Below are positions 48,061 to 59,887 of a stretch of 64,000 nt of DNA, piece after piece; the stretch's first letter is position 1, and each line of letters begins with the position of its first letter. The notes under the pieces are model-generated. The model saw only the letters and a list, made by a program, of their open reading frames with translations, made no database searches and was not told where the DNA came from. The stretch is taken from positions 124,001 through 188,000 of the forward strand of contig QPMI01000123.1 of the NCBI GenBank assembly GCA_004431415.1, read 5' to 3'. The stretch is from Cyanophora paradoxa CCMP329 (Eukaryota > Plantae > Glaucophyta). Position numbers and translations under genes: made by a program.

Positions 48061-48188
48061 ATCGCCGCTCGTGCTGCCTGCGCGTGGGCCAGGCGCACTT
48101 AACGCGGCAGCCGAACTTGCCGCCGTTGACAAGGGGTACGCCGTGTACGCGCCGCGCAGGGGTACGTGTAGGCACATCCCGAAAGAAG

Positions 48189-50787
48189 ATGGGCGCCGAG
48201 GAAGCGATCGGCGAGTGCGTCAACGAGTTCTTCCCATGCTCGCGAACCATCACAGGGAACCTCTTCCTCATGGTCCGCCCGACACTGGCCCTTCGCCGGT
48301 CGCCCTATTCCCATAGCTAGCCCGAACGTCCCCTTGCGTACTTTTTCCGTGCGAACTCGCCCGATGACGTAAACTTCGCAGCTGGCGTACGGCTTCCTGC
48401 TGGCCAGGGGCTCGAAGCTGATCGCAGGTCCGTCCCTCTCGCGCTCGGTTACGTTTTCTCGAGCTATAAGAAAGCCAAAGGAAGCACACACAGGCCCGCC
48501 TGATCGTCGGGCTCGCGGACACACCGCTAACGCCCTTGGGACGCAGACGGGTCCGAGCTCCTCATGCAGATCCTGGACCCCGGCATCATCGGCGGTCTCG
48601 TGCTCCCTCTGCTGGGCGGTGCGTTCGCAATGACGGCTCGCACTCGTGTCGAATCGATCGCCGCGACTATCCAGTCGAGTGGGTTCCAGGGGCATGGCAT
48701 CTTGGCCTTTATGAACTAGGATCGATCCAAAAGAGCCTTTTCCTGCGCCTCGAAACCGACTGCCTTTTGCATCGGAGGCTTGCGCGGGACGCGAGCCCAC
48801 TTGTCGAGCTTGGAAGCAGATTTGCGTACTTGCTCTAGCTGATTCGCTGCCCTTCGCAGCTTTCCCTGATGCGTGCATTATCTTCGTGTCCTGCCTCGGC
48901 GGTGACATCGCGGAGGTGCGTTCCCCAGACCACCTCGGCGCCCCGGCGCTGTGATTCGTGACGCGATCGGCCTCCGAGCAGGTGCAAGAGCAGCTCTCAG
49001 TCGGCGTCGGCACGCTGGCCGGGTCGACCGTGATGCTGCTCACGCTGCCGTGGGCGGCCTCGCTCTACCTCGGCCGCTGCGACCTGGACGGCAACGGCCA
49101 GGCCATCCAGAAGCGCTGCACGAAGACCAGCCTTACGGAGAGCGGCGTCACCACCGGTCCGCTCGGCCCTGCCCGCCGCCCGCCCCCCACCGCCGGCCGC
49201 CGGTCGCCCGCGGCCGGCCGCCGGGCGCGGTTCCTTTCTGACGGCCACCCCCTCCTTCTTTCTTCCTCCAGACGAGGACGTCCCGCTGAACGCAAAGATC
49301 GTGCGCGCGGCGCCTTCTTTCCGAAGACGCCCCCGCCCCGCGGCCGCCGACGCGGGGGGCGGGGCGGCAGATGCTGGCGACGTCGCTGCCGTTCCTGATC
49401 GCTCAGGGCCCCGCCCTCGCCTACTTCTTCGGCGAGCCCAAGGTCCGGCCCCGCCCCGCCCGCCCCGCTGCACCCGGGGCCGCCGGTGACGCCGGGGCCG
49501 GGGCAGTTCCAGAAGGACCGCGAGGCGAACTTCGCGCTCGCCGGCTTCGTCGTCTCGTTCATCCTCCTCGTCGCCTACAGCGTCTGGCAGGTGCCGGCCC
49601 CGCGCCCCCGCGCACGGCCGGCGCGGGACCGGCGCGGCTCACGCGCGGGCGGGCGGGCGGCGGCAGGTCATGAACACGAAGCTCCAGGAGAAGAAGATGG
49701 AGATGGCCAAGAAGGAGGCCGTCATGCGCCGCGTGCGCCGCCTCGCCCGCCCCCGCCCCTGCCCCGCCCCTGCTCCGCCCCGCCCCGCGCCGCCCGCGCC
49801 GCCCCGCGGGGCCAACCGAGGCGCGCGCAGGTGGTGGAGCGGATGGTGTCGGTGATGGAGCGGCGGCAGACCTCGTTCCGGGAGACGCCGGCGCCCGGGG
49901 ACGCGGAGAACCCGTCGGCGCCGCTCGCGCCGGCGCAGCCCATCTCGGGCGAGAAGGTCGCCTCCCTCGGCCTCAAGTGGAAGGCCGGCGTCGCCGCCAA
50001 GAAGGAGGCCGCCGCCGCCGCCGCCGCCGGCGCCCCCGCCACCAGCTACGGCACCGCCCCGAGCCCCGCCGTGCGCCCCGCCGCGCCGCGCCCCGCCGCG
50101 CCCCGACGACGGGGCGGGCAGGCGAAGGAGGAGGAGGAGGGGAGCGATGACGAGACCGCCGGCATGACCAAGCGCGAGGCGCGCCCCGCCCGAACCCCGC
50201 CCCACCCGAACCTCGCCCCACCCCCGGGCCCCCGCTGAGGAGGGCGGGGGCGGCAGATCGCGATCAAGTCGGTGACGACGCTGGCGATCGGGACGGCGGT
50301 CGTCTCGTTCTTCTCGGACCCGATGGTGGACTCGATCAGCCAGTTCGCCACGGAGATGAAGCTCTCCCCCTTCTTCGTCGCCTTCATCGTGGCCCCGACC
50401 GCCTCGAACGCGTCGGAGCTGATCGCCTCCTGCATCTTCGCCGCGAAGAAGACGAAGAAGTCGATCTCGCTGACGTACGGGTCGCTGTACGGGGCGGCGA
50501 CGATGAACAACACGCTCTGCCTGGGCATCTTCCTCTTCATGGTCTGGTTCCGCAAGCTCGCGTGGGACTTCTCCGCCGAGGTCGCCTGCATCCTCTTCGT
50601 CGAGCTCGCCGTCGCCCTCGTCGCGGTCCGCAGCACCACCATCCGCCTCCGCACCGGCTTCCTCGTCGCCGCCTTCTACTTCGGTTCGCGCACCCCGACC
50701 CCCGCTCCGCCCCCTGCGCCCCCCGACGCCCGCGCAACAGTCGCCATCGGCATCGTCGCTGGTCTGAACCGCATCGGCTGGCACTGA
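48189..50787 (+). CDS. NCL: Na+/Ca2+ exchanger-like protein (NCL/EF-CAX family)
   Basis: FFPCSRTITGNLFLM, DGSELLMQILDPGIIGGLVLPLLG|AFPDA, SVGVGTLAGSTVMLLT, FSDPMVD, PTASNASE, LYGAATMNNTLCL, WDFSAEV. Confidence 0.9.
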
Positions 50788-51343
50788 TCTGCCCGACACG
50801 GGTACCGTGGAATTGCTCGCCTGCGCCGCGCCGTGTACAGACCAAGGGGGAAGGGGGGGGTCGCCTCTTTGACTACGCATAGATAGCACACCTTATCGTA
50901 CAGCATGAGCTAGGTTCAAGCTCGATCGCGCTGTCTCCGTTTTTCGAGAACTTGTCTAGTTCGGTTTAGAAATCTCTCTTCGTACAAAATCTTTACGAAT
51001 GCGCCTGCCAGTGAAGCCAGCTGCAGCTACAGCCCGCAGCCATGGAAGGGCACTGCTTGGTCAAGTTACGAACATCCATGCAAAAAAAAGGCACAGTGGA
51101 TGGAAAGGGGCCGGAAAAGGGAAAGGCGTGCAAGGGCGCCGACCGTCGGACGGGAGCGGGGGCTGGATCGGCGGGGGGGGGGGGGGGGGGGAGGGGGGGT
51201 TGCGGGCGGGCGTTATGGCGGGGCGGCAGGTCATAGATGAGCGTCGGGAGGGTCGAGGAAGTGACTTTGGAAGGCGGGAAGGCTCCGGGAGAGGGGAAGG
51301 GGGGCGAGGAAGAGTGTTGGGGCAAGAAGAGGGGAAGGGGCGC

Positions 51344-53900
51344 TCAGGACCAGTCGAGCTCGTCCAGGGGCGAAGAGAGGAGGGGGTACCTGCAGGGCGG
51401 TTGCGGGGCGGGGCGGGGGGCAGGGGGGAGGGGGCCGGGGGGCGCACCTGGCGAGCTGGACGCAGATCTCGTCGATGGGCTTGCGGAGCTCGACGGAGCT
51501 CTCCAGCCCGTGGTTCACGATCACCGAGTAGGCCATCCCGTGCACGTACCTGCCCGCCCCCGTCAGGCCCCCGCCCCGCGCGCCGAGGCCGGGCGGCGCG
51601 GCACCCCGAGAGGGCGGAGACGCCCATGAGGGTGCCTGTCTTGCCGCGGAGGACGGCGGCGGCGGAGGTGCCGCGCATGCGGGAGCGGAGGGTCCCCGAG
51701 CGGCCGGCAAGCGGCAACGACTCGAAGAAGATGCGCCGGTGCGGGCTGTGCAGCGCGATGCCCCGCAGCGTCTGCGTGAGCGCCTCCGCTGCCGCCCGCC
51801 CGTCAATCCCCGGGCGACGCGGCGGGCGGGGCGGGGCGGGCGGGGCGGGGGAGGGGCGCACGCGAGGCGGCGTTCCTGCGGCTGAGGCCGGAGCCGTCGA
51901 CGAGGAGCACGCCGCTCGGGTCCGCCCCGTACCTCCGCACCGCCACCTCCTTCATCGCCATCAGGCCCCTCTGCGCCCGCGCGCCCCGCGCCTCAGCGCC
52001 CGCCGCGGCGGGGCGCGCTCGCGGGGCGCGCGCCTGTATGGAGCGGTCCGGGGCCGGGAGGGCGAGGGGCATGACGAAGGCCGGGTACGTCCGCTGCGTG
52101 TCGCTCCCCAGCGTGTGCAGCAGCGCCTCCTGCCGGGGGCCTCAGCCCGCGCGGGAAGGGGGTGCAGGACGGCGGCGCACGGCCCAGAGGTTGTCGCTCC
52201 ACTGGAGGACGCGGTTGACGAGTGCGGAGAGGGGCCGCGCGATGAAGTCCAGCGTCCAGGGCTTGAAGCTCGGCGAGAGGCCCACTGCTGGCGCCGTGAA
52301 CATCACCTTCCCCACACGGATCTGTCGGCGCCCCGCGGCATCAGGGATCGACTGGGGGCGCCGGCGGGGCAGGGGGGGGGGGGGGGGGGGGGGGGCGGGG
52401 CACCTTGGCGTCCTCGAGGACCTTGTGGAGCATGCGGGCGAAGCGCGCCCGGGCGTCCGGCAGCGCCACTGTCACGTTCCGCTCGTCCGAGTGCGCCTGC
52501 GCCGCCCCTGCTCGGCTGGGGGAGCCGGGGCCACCCGCAGGCTGGGCGCGCACCGGGATGGCCCCGCGGATGACGAGCGAGCCGGCCACGTCGATAAAAG
52601 CCATGACGGGGCGCTCCGGCTCGCCGGCCCCGACCGTCAGCGCCTCGTTCACCACGGGCACCTTCGGCTTGTTCACCGCGTCCAGCCAGCTGAACCGCAC
52701 AAGCTGCCCGGGCTCTGTCGGACGCACTATGAGATTCGCTGCGCTGCCGTTCAGGAGCATGCTGCGCGGCGAGTGACGTAACCAGTGAGCGGGACCACCG
52801 GAGAAGGGCGGAAAAGGAGAGGAAAGAAAGGCGCACCCTCCCGCGTTGGCAGATTGCAATTGAGAGGCCTCCCAAGTGATTGGCGTCTTTATCCTGCTGT
52901 CATCGATGACCAGCGACCGCACTGTCCTCACCCCTTGAGTCCGCAGGCTGTCTGCCAACTCAGAGACGTGCGCGGTGGTTATCATAGGATCTCCACGCGC
53001 TGCGCATGCGCATGAGCGCACGCCTCGAAGCGCAGCACGGCACGGGCGGCTTGCGGGCGCCCACGGACCAGAAACGCGCAGCTCCTCAAGGACGGGCGGG
53101 GAAAGGCCTGTGCCGTGGACGGGCGTCTTATGCCTGTATTCTGCAGCGTGACCCGTCACGGGGAGGCTGGCCGTAGCCTCCGAGCGCTGCTTCTCTCGCA
53201 ACGGCGCACCTGGCCCAAGCTTCTCCAGCGCCGCGGCGGCGGTGAAGATCTTGACGTTGGAAGCGGGTATCAAAGCCAGGCGCATGTTGTGACCGTACAG
53301 CGTCTTGCCGGTCTTCACGTCCGCTGCGTGGATCCCCCACCGCGCCTTTGCGTACTGCGGTCTCCCAACGACGCTGTCGATCGCCCGCTTCATGTGCACA
53401 AGCGGAGAATCCATATCCGCTGCGAGAAACATCGTTTTAGTGCGCTCGCAGCGGGCGGGGCGCAGCCACGCACGGCTATATGTTCGAAAGACAGCGGCAT
53501 CGGCGAAGGAGCTGAACTGGAAGGTGCACGGCACTAGATCCTCCAGCTTCTGCTGCGGGTATGCCGGCGGCGGCGGCATCGCGGGGCGCCGCGCTCAAAC
53601 AGCTCGCTGTCCTGGGTACACCAGAAGAAGCCAGCAGGAGCGCGGCATCACTGGAAGCTCAAACCAAGAAGCAGCAATTGCAAAAGCTTAAAAGCTCAGC
53701 CAGTAGCACAGCGAAGCACAGCGAAGGCGGGGCACCGGGGGCAGCAGCAGCAGGGCACCGGGGGCAGCAGCAGCAGCATGACGGGGCACCAGCGGGGCGG
53801 TCGGAGCAGGCGTGACGAGGATGATCAGGAGGAGCGCGACAGAGAGGAGGTGAGCGGCCGCTAGTGCACATTGCTCTGCAGCATTGCCCCTGGACGGCAT
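51344..53900 (-). CDS. dacB: D-Ala-D-Ala carboxypeptidase/endopeptidase (PBP4, peptidase S13)
   Basis: PASNVK (SxxK), SDNLWA|E (SxN), DGSGLSRRN, SLPLAGRSGTL, GKTGTL (KTG). Interrupted by spliceosomal introns. Start codon uncertain. Confidence 0.92.
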
Positions 53901-53918
53901 TGACCGGTTTTACAGGAG

Positions 53919-54814
53919 ATGCTCAACGCTCTGCGCGAGGACGGCCTCTCCATGCGGGAGATTGAGGTGCTTGGAGGCTATCTGCACTGAATCTGCGACT
54001 CCCGACTAACCCCGCCTTCCGTCCCAGACGCGCGCCGCAGCCCGCCCGGGCCAGAGCCCCGATGCGCTTGAGGAGGAGCTGGACTACCGCATACGTAACG
54101 ACGACTGCGTTCTTGAAGCCGATATCGCCGGTGAGAACCTGCCTGGTGTCCGCGTGTCTCCGGCTGACCTGCGGTGTAGACGCGCGCCAAGCGCAGGAGG
54201 AGGATCTGGACGAGCGGCGTATTAGAGAACAAATAGAGAGGGAGGTGGAGGAGAACTTGAATAGCTCTTCCGCAACTGGCCCAGCTCAGCGCGTCACTGC
54301 TCAGCACGAAGTGGAGGTGCTGTCTGCCCAAGCCGAGGTGTGTGCTGGCGAAAATAGCCGCATCGCATCTTGATTTCACAGGGCCTAATACGAGGCGGTG
54401 TGTGCAGGAGCTGCGGTTGCAAGAGGCGCTCGACGCCGAGCTCGACGACCGCATTCGAGACGAGGTCGACGGTCGGACGCGCGGTGCTAAACGCTTTTGG
54501 AGCCTGAAAGAAAATCTCGCGCGTGACGTTTGTTACTTGACTTATTGCTCTAAAGGCCCAGCGGCAGAGGACGACGATGAGGAGGAGCGCTTCGCGCTCG
54601 AGCTGCAGGTTCGGATGTGCTTGTGGTGCAATGGAAGCGGCCTTCGCTTGAGCCATGAACGCAGGCGAGTATCGCGGAGAACGCTGTGATGGAAAGAATC
54701 GACGAGCGCCGGGCGTCCGAGGCGACTGCGGCGCTCCTCAGTCTCCGTCAGAACGAGTCACGCCCGCCGCCTCCCCCCATGCGAAGCGTCCCCGTGGTGG
54801 CTCCAGCCAAGTAG
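53919..54814 (+). CDS. Hypothetical acidic coiled-coil protein with a UIM-like motif
   Basis: Spliced frame: AQEEDLDERRIREQIEREVEE..ELRLQEALDAELDDRIRDEVD|GPAAEDDDEEERFALELQ|ASIAEN..VVAPAK-stop. 5' end uncertain. Confidence 0.5.
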
Positions 54815-55230
54815 CTCCTGGCATGGACTGTAGCTGCTCCGCTCGGTGGCTCAGCGGCGATACATTGTGTGCAATTCAGAGCGCTTCTTGAGGCGCCGGC
54901 GGGTGCATGCTACGAGCGAAACTAATCAACAAAGACCATAGCTAACGCAGAGAGCCCAGGGCACCTGCGCGCGCAACCAGCTGCATGCGCAGATCGAGCT
55001 GCCAGTGCCACACCCGTCGTCGTGTACCCCGAACCGTCGAGCTTCAGTCCGCCGCGGCCAGTCTAGATCCATCAGGAGCATTAGCTATTGCTCTAGCTAA
55101 GCGTCTGAAGCTCGGAGCTCACGCGATCGCAGACCGTCGTGAAGGTTCGCGACAGCAACTTCCTGCGTGTACCAGCCGCGCGCTCCCGTGGCATTGCGTA
55201 CGCGAGCTAGGTGGGCCGTAGTTGCAAAGA

Positions 55231-55902
55231 ATGGCCGAAGTACAAGGCGTCACGGTCGTCGTTCGGGTGATCAAGTCCTTCGAATACCGAACCTTCAAGA
55301 ACCTCGTCCTGCACAACGTAGACCTGGGCATGCGCGTCGCCGACTTCAGGCAACTTGTCGATCAAAGTGCGCGTCCCAATGCCATGCGCGCGCGCCCGCT
55401 GACTCCGTTGGTTCGCCGCAGAGATTCAGACGGAGGCGGGCTTCGCGCCCTACCGGAACCACAAGAGCGGTGGACATTTGCATGCCGCCTCCGACCCGCG
55501 CGCGCCGACGTATCTCGGCCCGCAGACACGCTGAAGCTGCACATGAAGGCGCACGGAGCGAAGGTGCGGCCGCGCCGCGCGATCGGCGCGCCGTGCCCTG
55601 AGCCCCGCGCGCAGACGAGCAACCCGGTCATCAACGTGGGCCACGAGGAGCTGGTTCTGAAGGAGACCGGAACGTTGGGCGAGCAGGGCGTCGGTACGCG
55701 CGCGCGCGCGCGCGCCCCGCCCACAAGAGCTCCCCTGGCGAGGCTGCCGCCAGAGCACGAGACGGAGCTCTCCTACTTTGCGATGTCTGATTACGAGGCG
55801 TACAAGGCCAATCCACAGGCGCGCGCTTCTTCATCGACCTCCAAACCCGTGCGCTCAGGTCACGCGCCCCCCTCTCACCCGTGCGCTCAGGTCAAGTGGT
55901 GA
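55231..55902 (+). CDS. UPF0538/C2orf76 (Aim29-like) ubiquitin-fold protein
   Basis: VVVRVIKSFEYRTFKNLVLHNVDL, DTLKLHMKAHGAK|TSNPVIN, ETELSYF..YEAYKANPQ|VKW-stop. Confidence 0.88.
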   Translation: MAEVQGVTVVVRVIKSFEYRTFKNLVLHNVDLGMRVADFRQLVDQSARPNAMRARPLTPLVRRRDSDGGGLRALPEPQERWTFACRLRPARADVSRPADTLKLHMKAHGAKVRPRRAIGAPCPEPRAQTSNPVINVGHEELVLKETGTLGEQGVGTRARARAPPTRAPLARLPPEHETELSYFAMSDYEAYKANPQARASSSTSKPVRSGHAPPSHPCAQVKW

Positions 55903-56178
55903 GCCGACGTCGACGTGTCGCGAGCAGCAGCTACAGCCTGGCAGCATGCCATGCCCCGCCCCCGCCGGCCTGCGTCGCCCTCTTCCTTCATGCAGCCCCG
56001 GCCGGGCCTCTTACCCTATCGACATCTCCGGCCCTCCCTGGCTCTCTCGTTCGCCCTGGCCCTCTCATTCGCCCCGCCCCCCGCCTGCCCTGAGGAGCAA
56101 CGAGTGTTTCTAGGCCTGCACGTGAATATATCGATACCGAGATGCAAGGGGAAGGCGTGTTCGGGACCGGGGCGGCGG

Positions 56179-58173
56179 CTAGGGGGCGATGCGCTTGAGG
56201 TAGGCGGCCCAGCCGGCCTCGCGGTACTTGGTGGCCTCCGCCTGCACGTCCTTCGCCTCGTAGATGCCCCGCCCCACGATGAGCACGTCGCAGCCGCGCG
56301 CCCCGATCACGTTGTCCGGCCCGTCGTACTGCTGCCCCAGGCCGTCCCCGCCGCCTCCGACCTTCACGCCCGGCGTCATCACGATCAGGCTCGGGTCGTC
56401 CGGCGTCAGGTTGTGCTGCGTCCGCCTCAGCCGCGGCGGGCGGGCGGCGTGGGCCGGGGGCAGGCGGGCGCGCCTGGGCGATGAAGCCGATGACGAAGTT
56501 GGTGTTCTTCCGCGCGATCTCCACCGCCGCCGCCGTGTACGAGCCTGCCCCGCGCCGCGCCTCGGCCGGCGCCGCGCGGCGGGGCGGGGCCGGGGGCTAT
56601 CGGGTGGGCGCACCGGTGGCGAGGCTGCCCGCCGAGCTCATCTCCGCGAGGATGAGGCAGCCGCGCCCCAGGGGCAGCCCCACCTCCGCCAGGCCCTGCG
56701 CCCAAGCGTCACTCCGGGCGGCCGGGGCGGGGCGGGGCGGGGAGGGGCGGGCGGGCCTGGACGACGCCGGGGCCCGGGACGACGTGGGCGTTGGTGATGT
56801 GGGACCAGGAGGCGATCTTGTGGACGCCGCCACGGTACTGCATCACCACCGTGTTCCCGATGTCCGCGAACTTGCGGTCCTCGAAGATCAGGAAGTCGTG
56901 CTGCGCCCGCCCCGCCTCAGCGAACCCGGCCGGCGGGCGCGGGCAGGCGCAGGGCTCCGGCCTTCTCCGCGAGGGCGGTGAGCTTTGCGGCGAAAGCGTC
57001 GTCCCACTCGGCGATGACGTCGCAGTGCGTCTGAGGGGCAAGCGTCGGCGGGGCGCGCCGGGGGCCTCTGCGGGGAGGGGGCGGAGCAGCACCTTGAGGC
57101 AGCAGAGGTGCGGGCCGAGGGAGTCGGCGATGGAGAGGAGCTCGGCCCCCGTGCTCACGTCCGCCGCCAGGCACAGGTTCGTCTTCTTCCGCTCCATCGT
57201 CTGCCCCGGCGCCCGTCGCGCCCCTGCCGGCAACCGAACCGCCCCGCCCCGCCCCGCGCACCTCGAAGATGCGACGGCCCATGGGGTTCTTGCACAGCTT
57301 GGCACGCTCCGCGTAGGAAAGGGCCTTGGGGGCGGGCGGGGCGGCCGGCGCGGCGGGCTTGGCGGCCGGCAGCTGAGTCTGGTTGTCGGCGATGAACTTG
57401 AGGGTCGCCTCGACGATGCTCGCGTGAAGCTTCCCCTCCGCGTGGAGCACCTGCACCGCGCGCCGCGCTCGCGCCAGTGCCGGGGCGGGGCCGGGGCCGG
57501 GGCCGGGGCGGGGGCGCACGTTGAGGAACTGGGTGATGGTGAAGACGGAGTGGAGGTGGTAGCCCTTGCCGGTGATGTGGTTGCGCCCGCCCTGCTCCCG
57601 GTCCAGCAGCACCACGATGTCCTGCACCTTGAGCCCCTCATGCTCCAGCGGCCCGATCGTCTCGAACACCGAGATCCCGCTCGTCACCTGCCCCGCCCCC
57701 CGATCACGCCCCCATCGAAGCGCACGCTAAGCTATGGCTATCCCCCCGCCGGGCGGGAGCGTCGCGCGCCGCGGGTGCGAGGCGAGGCGATCGCGGCGCG
57801 TCGCACGCGTACGCACCAGATCCTCGACGACCAGGCAGGTCTCGCCCTTCTTGAAAGAGCCCTCGATAGCCTTAGCGGTGCCGTAGTCCTTCACCTCCTT
57901 GCGGCGCACGACCATAGGCTTGCCGTGCTCGACGGACATGCATGTAGCGATCGGGAGGGCGGTGTAGGGGACGCCGCAGATGCAGTCGAAGTGCCGCTCG
58001 CGCACGAGGTTCCACATCGCATCCGCGACCTGCTTGAGCAGCGCCGGGTAGGAGACGGTGACCCGCAGGTCGACATAGACCGGGCTGATGAGGCCGGATT
58101 TGAGCTTGAACGAGCCGAACTTCACCGCCTCGACCTCGAACAGCTTGAGAATGAGGTCGCGGTGCTGCGCCAT
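56179..58173 (-). CDS. UMPS: Bifunctional UMP synthase (OPRT + OMP decarboxylase)
   Basis: [45 protein letters not shown]|[57 protein letters not shown]. Confidence 0.97.
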
Positions 58174-58227
58174 CCCGAACGCGTCGCAGAACGTCGCCGA
58201 TGCCGGTACCCTGAAGCTGGGAAAAAA

Positions 58228-58998
58228 ATGGCCTTCTCCGCGCTCCTTCCCCAGCCACAGCGGGCCCCGGCGAGTGGCAGCTATAGCATGCAGTCTGCAG
58301 CATGTAGCAGCTCCTCGCAGACCATCGGGCACCGAGCAGGCGGCTCGCGAGCGATTGGCGGCGTATGCTTCGCCGCGCGGCCGTCCGCCGCACGCCGCTC
58401 CTTCCACTTCGAGGCCGGCGTCTCGAATGGCGCGCTTCGGGGTCTGCGTGTGGTCGCAGAGGCAGCAGAGCCGGACTTCAACGAGCACAGCCGCTTCAAC
58501 ATCGTCATCATTGATCCGGAGTCCGGGAAGGATTACGAGTTCAAGTGCGATTCCGGCACGACTATCTTGGATGCGGCGGTCCGCCCGCCCGTTCCGTCCC
58601 CGGCGACTCCTGGCGAGGAATTTGATGGCCGCAACGTCCCGCAGATTGACGCGGGCGTCCCGGTGCCGCACGATTGCTTCGAGGGACACTGTGAGACGTG
58701 CGTTGCTCTCATGAAGAGCGGCGCAGTGAGCCAGGTGGGCCCGCCGCGGCGGATCGACCGCCCCGCCGCGTTGCGCGATCTGACGCGGCGGCGGCGGCGG
58801 CGGCTCGCGCAGCACGTGGAGCCGTCGCCCTACCTCGCGGCGTACGCGAAGCCGTCGTCCCCGACGGACCTCGACGATGACGGCGAGTCGCCCGTGGAGG
58901 AGTTCGAGGGCGTCACCGAGGGCCTCATCCTCACCTGCGTCTCCTACCCCGACGAGGACTGCGTCCTCGAGCTGCCCTTCCGCGGCCACTCCGCGTAG
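58228..58998 (+). CDS. Plastid-targeted [2Fe-2S] ferredoxin, divergent
   Basis: Transit peptide MAFSALLPQ..; TILDAA|[31 protein letters not shown]. Confidence 0.88.
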   Translation: MAFSALLPQPQRAPASGSYSMQSAACSSSSQTIGHRAGGSRAIGGVCFAARPSAARRSFHFEAGVSNGALRGLRVVAEAAEPDFNEHSRFNIVIIDPESGKDYEFKCDSGTTILDAAVRPPVPSPATPGEEFDGRNVPQIDAGVPVPHDCFEGHCETCVALMKSGAVSQVGPPRRIDRPAALRDLTRRRRRRLAQHVEPSPYLAAYAKPSSPTDLDDDGESPVEEFEGVTEGLILTCVSYPDEDCVLELPFRGHSA

Positions 58999-59398
58999 CC
59001 GCGGAGGCGAGCCGGTCTCCAGATTCCTATCCCTCTTTCACCATCACCGGTACCAGCTTTCATCGCCCCGAGCAGTGCAGCTCCTATGCAGTGTATATGT
59101 CTTCAGCTCTTCACACAGCAGCTACAGCCGAAGCTAAGCTGCGTGCTGGTACCCGGGGGATGCCGGGCCCGTAGGGGGATAGTAGAGCAGTGCCAAGCTC
59201 CGCAAAGCCCCGAAGAACGAGGCGCGAACCGGGCTACCCCCGTCTGCGAGGCCTATCCTTGGAAGGCGGCCTACGCGATGAAGAAGAATACTAAAGGCTA
59301 TACTAACCTACTGCGGCTGCTGCTGGGGACCCTCCGGGGGCAGCCGCCGGGCCTCGTCGACGCCAGAGCCCACGCGGAGGAGGACGTTCCTGCGTAGG

Positions 59399-59565
59399 CG
59401 CAGGAGTTACGATCGGAAAAAGTACTCCTGGATAGGCAGGAGTTACGATCGGAAAAAGTACTCCTGGAAAGTTACGATCGCAGGAGTTACGATCGGAGTT
59501 ACGATAGGCGTTTGGATAGACAGGTGAAAATTACGATCGCGATTCGCGGACGGAATTACGATCGT
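59399..59565 (+). repeat. Short direct-repeat cluster (gcaggagttacgatcggaaaaagtactcctgga twice, plus several ttacgat words)
   Basis: Two near-adjacent 33-bp copies followed by truncated copies; a related ggaattacgat word recurs near 63981. Confidence 0.8.
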
Positions 59566-59887
59566 CCCAAAGGCCTAATATCAGGGACACTAGAGCGCAT
59601 TCTGGTCCAAAATTAATACAGCAATTGGGTTGGGAATTATGTGTTGTGTGATGGCGCAGCGAGGGGGGCAGCGGGCTAGGCGACAGATAGCAGTAATGGA
59701 GGTTGCATGCTACTGAACACGATACATTAGGCGGCGTCTAGCCCCGTCACCATCGGTTTTCGACCACTGCGGGCGCGGGATTCGCGGCGCGGGATCGGCA
59801 AGACAGCTACACGAGTGCTAGGGAATCGGCGCGCATAGGTCCTTTTTGCTAGCGGATCCCCGCTGCGCGCCCGCGCGCCAAGGTCCC

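Noticed and set aside
51344-58998. Bacterial contamination or operon (dacB, ferredoxin, pyrimidine enzymes)
   Set aside because: All carry spliceosomal introns, UMPS is the eukaryotic fusion, and neighbours are eukaryote-specific genes.
59399-59565. CRISPR-like direct repeats
   Set aside because: No regular unique spacers, no cas genes, eukaryotic context.
59588-59592. CACTA word at the left edge of the 59593-63799 element
   Set aside because: The right end has no TAGTG; the word is formed by flank plus the CTA TSD.
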